A DNA stretch of 64,000 nt from Psilocybe cubensis (Eukaryota), in the NCBI GenBank assembly GCA_017499595.2, contig CM039001.1:2666001-2730000 (forward strand). Reading direction: 5' to 3'. Of the stretch, positions 55,500 to 64,000 are shown one piece after another; the first letter of the stretch is position 1; every line of letters starts with the position of its first letter. Under the pieces are notes generated by a model. That model was not told the origin of the DNA. It searched no databases and saw only the letters and a program-made list of their open reading frames with translations. A program made the translations under genes and the position numbers.

Positions 55500-57622
55500 A
55501 TGGGCATCGCACCCCAACCGCCTAGCTTCTTCCCGACTACAGCTCTGGTTAGTAAAAGTGCCTTTTGTCCCTTTCAATCACTAACAAAGTGTCCAGGATC
55601 ATGCCGCGGCGGGCCTTGGGGCAGGCATCGTCACAACGCTTTGCATGAACCCTCTTGATCTTCTCAAAATAAAGCTGCAGGTTGCCACAAAAAATCCATC
55701 ATCGTCTTTAGGAAAGCATATCTGGGTATCTCTGAAGGATATACAGCAAACACAAGGATGGCGAGGCCTGTACCGTGGTCTGGTACCCAATATTGCCGGG
55801 AATGCATCTAGTTGGGGCCTTTACTTTCTTTTGTGGGTCAATATTTGCCGTCTTTTCGGACTGCTCACCATCATGTGCACATAGCTATAACATGTTGAAG
55901 AAACGGGCATCTGGAGGGGACATCACAAAGCCCCTTTCTGCTCCAGAGTATCTTCTATGTTCTGCTCAAGCGAGTTCGCACTTTCATATGTGTCCGGTTT
56001 GGTTCATCCAAATTTCTAACCAAAATTTTGGTTCTTTGCTCAGGTGCTGTTACTGCCATTATGACAAATCCATTATGGCTAGTTCGTGTTCGTATGTTCA
56101 CCACTGAAGCTAGTTCACAGCATGCGTACCGTGGTTTATGGGGTATGTCGCTTTCCATTTTAAATTTTCTTCTTTTTTGGCGAGCAGATGCTGGGATGAT
56201 TCGGAGTTGATCATAAATTTTGGCCAAGTCACCGGAAGCTAAAACGTCATCTACTTTTTCGTATTCTTTTGATGTGTGCTTCCCGTAATGCCTATGTCAC
56301 ACCTCTTATTCGCGCGGCATCGGTGTCAAGCATGTACTTGCTTTCTTATACTAAGGAGCTAGACTCTTATTAAAGGCTAAAGGATGAAGCACGTGGTGTA
56401 GTGCGAATTGGACTGAGGTCCTTAGATTCCACATCAGCAAACCATGTCGTTTTTATCAGTGACGGTTTATTCCCATTTGTTCATCCTTCTTGTTGCTCTT
56501 CTACTATCCATATATTGGAAACTGACGTCCCGTGCTATCAGATGGCCTTACCACCATAGTCCGGAAGGAAGGGCCTTTAGGTTTATTTCGGGGCACATCG
56601 TTGGCTCTCGTTGGAGTGTCTAATGGCGCGATACAGTTCGTCGTATACGAAAAAATGAAGGCATGGGGCTTTGAAAGGAAACGAAGGCAGCACGAGCGCG
56701 CGGGAATACCTTACAGTCGGGAAAGTGATAAGCTAGTACGTGATTTTTTGTCATCTGGATTGAACTGCTATGTTGGGCCACGATATACATTTGGGGATGG
56801 AATCAATCCAGTTTTTCGCCTCGCTTTTCTCTATCAATTGTATCAATTGCTGATGCTATGACTATAGTCCAATTTTTCCTACACCGTGATGTCAATTACG
56901 AGCAAGCTTGCAGCTCTTTCGGTCACCTACCCATATCAGGTTGTGAGGTCCCGCATACAGGTTAGTGGAATTTCGTTACTTTCGGTCTAGTCTTCCTTCC
57001 GCAATATTGCCCCTTTTTTATCCCATTTCCATCTTACTCTTTTTATTCCGCCTTCCATTTCGTTCTGGGACTTCCCGCAAGTCTGGTTCCCGTTGGCTGA
57101 CAGCATGTCGATTTATGATTGAAGTCCTTTATGGGTGCAAAGGTTGCTCATGTCGTCATGCATTATTTGATCGGTTATCCTTCTATTATGTCTCTATACC
57201 ATGCTTTTCTTTTTTTTTGTATGCAAATTGCCCTAGTGAAATCTCTAGGACATAATAAACTTATGTTTGAGTTATTTATTTTTCTTCTCGCCGCACCTGT
57301 TCTACCCCTTTTATGTGTATCCTGATTATCTTCTCATTTTCTTTTGCTAACACCCGTGTTTTGCCCATGACGCTATCAACCTCGCATTCATCTGTTCTAG
57401 AACGACGCGCAAGCTGCCATGTTTCCAACGATACCTGCCACCATCAAACGCACGTGGGCGCTTGAAGGCACTCGTGGATTTTTTCGAGGGTTAGGAACGA
57501 ACCTCGTTCGTGTGCTCCCTGGGACAGGCATAACTTTTGTTGTGTATGAAAATATCGCTTGGTTGTTGCGAACCACGGCGAAGGAGCGTGAACGCAGAGC
57601 CCAGCTGCTCAATGACGTGTAG
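55500..57622 (+). CDS. FLX1: Mitochondrial carrier, FAD/folate (Flx1/SLC25A32) type
   Basis: Three carrier signature motifs (NPLDLLKIKLQ, NPLWLVRVRM, YPYQVVRSRIQ), GNASSWGLYF, GAIQFVVYEKMK, ITFVVYE. Confidence 0.85.
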
Positions 57623-59013
57623 ACAACTGCGCACGCTGGCTCGAATGGAGTTTCTTGTATAATGCGCATGGTTGATTGCGCATTATGCGGGTTCAAGAAG
57701 TATCATACAACATCCCTTCTTTTTGCTTTGCTTCTATAATTCTAATGCATATATGTACTCTTATAGATATTTGCCGCCCTTCTACTGCTTCAACGTTACA
57801 TAGACTATCTAACCAACATCTACATATCTGATATACACAGAATCGCATACCTTCCTCGTAGCGTTTATATGAAGGCAATCTTAAATTTGTAGAGGTGTAC
57901 TACTTAAATTTGTACTGTCCTAAAGAATAGAAAACCCCCGCACACCTTGATACATAATCCTTGATCGAAAGCACCTTCAAAAAAGCAGTCATCAGCAATG
58001 ATTACAATTATTACAACACGGTAATCAAAGAGAAATATCAGTGTAACTATAACTTCATTAGGCCGTCATCGCAATGATAGCGCCCACTCCTACAGCCGTA
58101 TGCCCCCCGCGTCAAAACGAGTTGGAAGGCTGGCCGGAAGAGGGACTGGACACTTTGGGAGTGCCCTCAAGCTTAGAGGCATTATGCCGACAATTTTTCA
58201 ATCATAATGGGTTTGGGGTATTCAAGATCCATAGATAATGTAAACAGTGTCTTACCTTCAAGAAGCTGAATGTAAACGAGATGCGTGTTGTCACTATTTT
58301 CGACAGAGGCGTTAGTCCGTCCCAGATTGAGAGAGCGGAATGAGACAGATCATGATAGTTTGAACTTTGAAGTGGTTTGTAAAATAAAAACGCAAAATAA
58401 AAATACATCCATTGTTTGGTTACAGCGTGTGGTCATAATATTGGGAGGCTGATGCCAAAAGAACTACTAGTAGTAGGGTACGTACTAAACTCAATGTTCA
58501 AATTTGCTCAACTTGCGATTCGTATGAGACTGGCGCTTAATTCCATACCACCGGACGGCTAACCTCAACTTCAATTTATCAAAAAGAACTTCGGAACCAA
58601 GGAGACTTTGAAGACTCAAAGACTCAAGGAGCGAAGCTGAGAAAAATAAAGGCAGTTGTGTCGGTACTGAGTAATAGAATTGATCCATTTACTATGTAAG
58701 TGAATAAACGAGACTAGGACAGCTTCTAAAGTTATGCGAAGGAAAGAAAAAATTCAAGGATAACTTTATTCGATCTCTGAACGGTTTGTGTTCGCACCTC
58801 CAGAGTCATAGTAGTATTGGAGAGCAGAATGAAACGCTCGTCAGCACGGCGACTTTACATCGATGAAGCTAAACGACGTAAACGTAAGAAAATCGGAATG
58901 ATGTAGAAAACGCTCGATATCTATTCCATACAGTTAGAATCATAATGGTAAACCACGGGGTGGTGGCGCCCATATTCACCCCTGAATCCCACATAGGAAA
59001 AATGATTCACAAG

Positions 59014-60080
59014 TTATTGTCGTTTGGCGATTGGCGTAACATCAGTGACACTGCCAGCAGCAGCCATAACACGTCGACTAAGGCGTCGGCGAAGGTTTCG
59101 ATCCCGAGTTACAGTATTCGGAGGTAAAATAAGGACTTCATGATCCTCAGAAAAGGTGACTTTGAGGGAGCTTTTAGGGCGTCCAGGTCGAGGAATACTA
59201 GTAAAGCAAGAAGGTAGAGAAGTAATTTCAGGACTACCACGCGATCCGAGGGCTTCTGATGGAAGACCGAATGTTTGTTCCTCCTCTTGCACAGTGATCT
59301 GTCGTATGGAACGAGGGTCAATGGTGCATGGGCCAGATGGGGTGAGAAAGACACATTCTAAAGGATGCGACTGAGATTATTAGTAATCGGAGGGTATACA
59401 TAAATTGGAAAAGCCTACAGCGTTGCGCAGAAATTGATCAGACGGTACCCCATCCAAAAGAGTTCCAGGAACAATATTCTGTATTTCTTCACAGGTGCTG
59501 TTGTCCAACGAAGCCTAAAACAATCAGATCTCAATCTTCAGAGGAGTGAGACATTATTCACCTCGATAATGTTACGGAGCAACTTTCGGGATAACCGTAC
59601 AACAAGAATTCCCCCGAGATACCCGAGAAAAACCAGTGTTATAACAAGCAATAACCCGGAACACGGAGTCCTTGCTCCTTGTTGAAAGATTCTAAAAGCA
59701 AAATCCTCTGTACAGTCCTGCGGGATTTCAGTATGAAAGTCGGCAGTAGGAAGGCTGTCCGGTTCCATAGCGCGATTGGCATAAATGTTTGACATAACGG
59801 ACTGTCCTCCACTTGAATCAACTAGTTCAGCGGCGATAGGGGGCCCGGGTCTGGGCTGGGGAATAGGTTTCTCGCCAGCATTAAGTTCGATGCTCCCTGA
59901 GCAAGACCCACCCAACGGAATGAGGGGAGGCTTGTTAAAACAAGAATGTGCGTAAGAACACACAGTTTTGCCTGCAGTCGATATGCTAAAAGGGAGCGCA
60001 GTCGCATACCGCTCAATCGCGACAATCGTTAATACAGCAACAAGAGCAACAAGCCAGACGTATATCAAGTCCAGTCGCAT
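59014..60080 (-). CDS. Hypothetical single-pass membrane protein, 3 exons (alternative upstream ATG at 60209)
   Basis: Signal-like MRLDLIYVWLVALVAVLTIVA, TM LLLVITLVFLGYLGGILVV followed by RLSRK; two phase-0 GT-AG introns link it to ORF 59014-59292. Confidence 0.65.
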
Positions 60081-60622
60081 ACCCCAGTAGGGCTTAGGGG
60101 GAAAGAGGTTGACAACAACTGACTCTGGTAGGACAGTAGACGCATGTGAGTGATCAGTCTGTGCATCCCCCCGAGGGTGGATGGAAACTTTTAAGCCAAG
60201 GATCGCCATTGAAAAAATGGGAAATTTTGGGGTATTGGTACTCAATGGTGATGAACAAAAGATGACGGTGAAGAAAATCGAAAGATGGAAGGTGGTTTAA
60301 GCTATCCTTGAGATTTGTCAGATGTGGCTGACGATCATATCACTGTCGATCTCTCCAGTCAACGCGGGTCACCAATTGACTTTAGTACTGTGGTATGATT
60401 GTTATGACACGTGGTGGTGCTATTTATCTCTACTTTAATACTCACACAGCGAAACTCTTCTGGTTGTAGCCGTGAGGGATCATATAGAGGGACGCAATTG
60501 GATACGGTAAAGGCCAGCGATGTAGAGCGGTAAACGCTAAAGCTGCTAAATGAGCTTCTCTGTGCCTTTTACTTTTGATCCAAGGGACGATTACTGAACG
60601 CTAACATACGATAACAAGCATA

Positions 60623-63061
60623 TCAATATGTTAATATGTTGGCCGGCGAAAACTCTGCTGTTGCCAAGTGCTGCTGAAGGCGTAAGTTCCTTTTTCCCTT
60701 GGCTCTCCATTTGTCGTAGGGTATAGTGACAATCCCAGGCCAGATATCGTCGGCGTTGCCGAATTTTTCGGTTGGTATCCTCCCAATGAGGCAAGTTCGA
60801 TATAATAGAGGTATGGGAATACCCGCTTCAACAAGATCTTGAGCAATCTCCAAGAGTACTGGCAGTGGTGCACGACGCAAACGTCCGGTCGCGAGGTAAG
60901 TGTCAAGAGTCTGCCGAAATTGGCGATGATAATAGTAAACGGATTGGGGTTTGCCCTTGAATGGTCGGCGAGCAAACTTCAAAATTGCATTAAAGAATGG
61001 TATGTCTGGACGTGGAATATCCAAATGCCGTTTTTCGATTTTCGCCTGTAAACCGAGTTGGTCCAATTGTGATAATTTTCGTTCGATGGCTGGTGCAGCG
61101 TCCTTTACCATACGGTATATGTCCATGGCACATTCACGGGGCGAAGGCGTCATTCGGTCAGGTTCGTTTTTCATCTTGAATATCGTTCCGTCTACTTCCA
61201 CCACATTGCTTTGATGTCGAAGTCTTTGAAGCGCTTTCACCCGCCTTCCATGTTTTTTTTCCCATACCTCCATACTTTCATAAAGGTGTATCATATTCGT
61301 ATATATATGGATTGGTATGCACCATGGTGTGACTACACCGTTCTCGTCTGGCTGCCAACTGTGCGATTCTGCGACACGAATCCATAAAAATAATTTTTCC
61401 GCCTTCTTGAACTGCTTAGCTTGGACAAGGCAAGTGAGGAGAGCACCGAAAACCACTGGCCCATAATCAGATGTATGACATGGCGATCTGGTAAAGCCCA
61501 ATCGGAGGCTTCTGCAAGTTATCTTATCGAAGCCGGGAAGGAGGGAAGGAAGAGCCGCTATGATAGTGCCATGACGTCCCTCAGCAATAAGGCGGCGGAG
61601 GTAGGCGTCCAATATATAGTTATCTCCTGTGTGTTTAATTTGTTTTAGATCGTTAACTGTAATTGGATTATCCAATGTACGTAGTTGGGTGAGATCTAGA
61701 ACCTCCCCAGCTCGATCAAGAATAGCGTGCGTGAAATTGCTTTCGGTGAATCGCATGAGTAGCATATAGCGCCAGACTTTGGCGGCCAGTGGGATGGAAT
61801 ATCGGTTGTTCAATGAATACCCCAATAATGAATGGCAACTATCGCTATCCAAGATAATGGGATATTTTTTCCTCACTTTCGACAATGAATCGATTAATTT
61901 GTCGAGTACACCGTTAATGTATGAATATGCCTGCACTCGTATAATATTTCCATCGACGCCGGTTACCCAGACTTCATCGGGTCCACGAGGACAATGACAG
62001 AGAGAAGATAGGAGACGTGCGATGTTAGGCATTTGGATGAGTTGTTGGTCAAGAAAATTGGCTAAATTTGCAAGAGCTTGGAGTCCGGCCTGATATTGGA
62101 GCTTTGCACCATATGATGTCGGAGGATTCGCTAGATAATCGTCGGCCAAATGGCAAATATCTGCGACGTGGGCATAAGTTGGCTTAGGGGTTTCCAGAGC
62201 TTCGTTCGCCTGAGCATGGCGAGCCTGACAATCCCTGATAAGGACACCAAAAAGGAGGGATGCAAGAATGATTTCCCCATTGATAACGCATAGAGTTATG
62301 AGAAGCTTGAACATTCTGCTAGAGCGACGTTGCCTTGACTGTCGAACCAGCCCTAAAAGGCGAATTGCAAAGCCGGTACGCTTGTCAAGCGCCTTAGAAG
62401 GATCCAAGTGGAGGATGCCGGGACTTTCCAATTCTTCACGAGAGGGCAGTTCTTTTAAAGCTGACTGCGTCTGAGAGGCATGAATAAGCCCCGAATATAT
62501 CGCTTCTATCGTACGGCATTGCACTCGTATTCCAGAGGAGACCATATCACTGGCAAGCTTTGAGGCCTTATCAGCCATCCCTAAGCGTAACAAACCATGA
62601 AGAAGGGTGTGACAAGGAAGGCGAGGAGATACGCCAGGTGAAAAAGCGAGGGCGATTGAATCAAATTCCTTCATGGATGTGAAGCTGCCGAAAAACTTGT
62701 CCGCAGTTTTTGGTAAATCTGCATACCGAATAGAATTGATGATAACATACGCGTCGGCGACGTTCTTCTCGTGAAGTAATTGACGGATGGCAAACGCAGC
62801 AGCACGTCCCTGTGCAGCAAGGGTCAATGGGATATCAGAGGATGGTCCCGATTCTGCACGGTGTTCCGGGTTGGCCTCGTCAGAAGAAAGTGGCGATGGA
62901 GCGTTCCGAGAAGATAATGCGGTAGAAATGGCTTGAAATTGGTGACGGATTGGGGGTATTATAGGGCGCGCCCTTGGAATTATGTTCCGGGGTGTTGAAG
63001 GCCATGGTCGAACGACCCCTCTAAACGCGAGCCCTGCTAATTTTTGCAAGGTGTGCTGCAT
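60623..63061 (-). CDS. Intronless 812-aa helical-repeat/PPR-like protein, probably mitochondrial
   Basis: Arg-rich presequence; degenerate PPR-like segments (HTLLHGLLRLGMADKASKL, VVFGALLTCLVQAKQFKKAEKLF, PDIPFFNAIL). Confidence 0.75.
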   Translation of the reverse strand: MQHTLQKLAGLAFRGVVRPWPSTPRNIIPRARPIIPPIRHQFQAISTALSSRNAPSPLSSDEANPEHRAESGPSSDIPLTLAAQGRAAAFAIRQLLHEKNVADAYVIINSIRYADLPKTADKFFGSFTSMKEFDSIALAFSPGVSPRLPCHTLLHGLLRLGMADKASKLASDMVSSGIRVQCRTIEAIYSGLIHASQTQSALKELPSREELESPGILHLDPSKALDKRTGFAIRLLGLVRQSRQRRSSRMFKLLITLCVINGEIILASLLFGVLIRDCQARHAQANEALETPKPTYAHVADICHLADDYLANPPTSYGAKLQYQAGLQALANLANFLDQQLIQMPNIARLLSSLCHCPRGPDEVWVTGVDGNIIRVQAYSYINGVLDKLIDSLSKVRKKYPIILDSDSCHSLLGYSLNNRYSIPLAAKVWRYMLLMRFTESNFTHAILDRAGEVLDLTQLRTLDNPITVNDLKQIKHTGDNYILDAYLRRLIAEGRHGTIIAALPSLLPGFDKITCRSLRLGFTRSPCHTSDYGPVVFGALLTCLVQAKQFKKAEKLFLWIRVAESHSWQPDENGVVTPWCIPIHIYTNMIHLYESMEVWEKKHGRRVKALQRLRHQSNVVEVDGTIFKMKNEPDRMTPSPRECAMDIYRMVKDAAPAIERKLSQLDQLGLQAKIEKRHLDIPRPDIPFFNAILKFARRPFKGKPQSVYYYHRQFRQTLDTYLATGRLRRAPLPVLLEIAQDLVEAGIPIPLLYRTCLIGRIPTEKFGNADDIWPGIVTIPYDKWRAKGKRNLRLQQHLATAEFSPANILTY

Positions 63062-63672
63062 ATGAATTTATGCATAACTAATAAGAATGAATGAGGAATA
63101 TATCTGATGTTCAATGAAAAGACAAACCAGGCGTTTAGGGAAGGGACCTCAGTATATAGCCTGTGGACACTGCTCGTGGTGAAAAAGTATCATGCGCGGG
63201 CTGTTCCGGGCAGACCGATGTGGCGTAGACGGTAGTTGTTAGTCCACGTGACGAACACTATATCAGTTATATTCGACGCGGCGTCGCGTCCAAGTCGCGT
63301 CTAGGCTGGCGCCACCGAGATGATCACCCTCTCCTGGAAAAATACCGTGCTTTGCACGGAAAGTTGGGAGGCAATTTATCTTGATATTTTCCAAGTGTTT
63401 TTCAGCCTCGATTACAATGTTTTCAGGCATATTTAAAAATTTTTGGGTGATCGAAAAAGCAATGTTGCTTTTGTGTTGCTTTGATTATATTGATTATTAC
63501 ATGAATGCCAGTATTATATTAGAAGTAGCACTGTTATTTGTAAATTATGTGAATGTATTGTTGGTCACGATCTCGTCATAGTACAAGTAAGTATTCGTTA
63601 TTGATTTGACGCAGGGTGAATAGGGGAAACGGTTGGTTTAAATTCCATCATTGAATGTTCATCTGTAATTGT

Positions 63673-64000
63673 TTAAAGCAAATCGTGGAGAACGCGATCA
63701 TATTGGTGAGGCATGTGAGCACTAAACGATTTGAAGAATGTAATCAGCAAAATATGTCAGATGGACGCATGGATACTAACGTTAACATGTCTCGCGCAAA
63801 AACAATCTGGGAGAAAACTTTCTCTACATCAAGGACTTCGAAGAGACGGAGTTTGCCTTTGTCCGTCCGGGCGGCGCCCTTATCTTCTGAAATTTGTTGT
63901 AACTGGTGCGATGGGTGAAGATCCCCTTCCCGCATAGCCCATAAAACACGTCCTGGAGGATACATATCCGCGTTTTGCATGTTGGCTTCCAAAGTTTTAC
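63673..64000 (-). CDS. 3' end of class-3 lipase / diacylglycerol-lipase-like gene (partial)
   Basis: MYPPGRV...FSQIVFARDMLT|AHMPHQYDRVL*; resembles the lipase_3/DAGL C-terminal His motif; gene continues beyond the window. Confidence 0.7.

Noticed and set aside
50691-57622. Secondary-metabolite cluster around the P450
   Set aside because: No PKS, NRPS, terpene synthase or RiPP precursor gene seen in the window
58080-58200. GC-rich island with small hairpins, considered as SRP RNA or snRNA
   Set aside because: No convincing SRP helix-8 consensus and no proper Sm site; needs an Rfam scan

Overview
Eukaryotic, intron-rich fungal DNA. The short (about 50-60 nt) GT-AG introns, gene content and protein sequences point to a mushroom-forming basidiomycete (Agaricomycetes). 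It is a gene-dense housekeeping region with about 25 protein-coding genes, mostly in compact head-to-head pairs: ERB1/ARP4, TRS20/KGD4, proteasome alpha-1/RPC1, STU1/PCH2, SmG/RGG protein, NCBP3-like/KRR1, GPI protein/TAD2 and P450/FLX1-like carrier. It also holds MDM10, mitochondrial IF3, two intronless PPR-like proteins, a small secreted protein the ORF track misses, and the 3' end of a lipase. I saw no rRNA, tRNA, CRISPR or intact transposon. The strongest finding is a frame-essential single-nucleotide exon (C36252) in KRR1. Other findings are a 1.36 kb hairpin-rich intron in the P450, enlarged structured introns in the neighbouring carrier gene, three GC-AG introns, and short linear motifs (SUZ-C-like, UAP56-binding-like, RVxF, PPxY) in uncharacterised proteins. 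CDS coordinates are first-to-last-codon spans of multi-exon genes inferred by eye.
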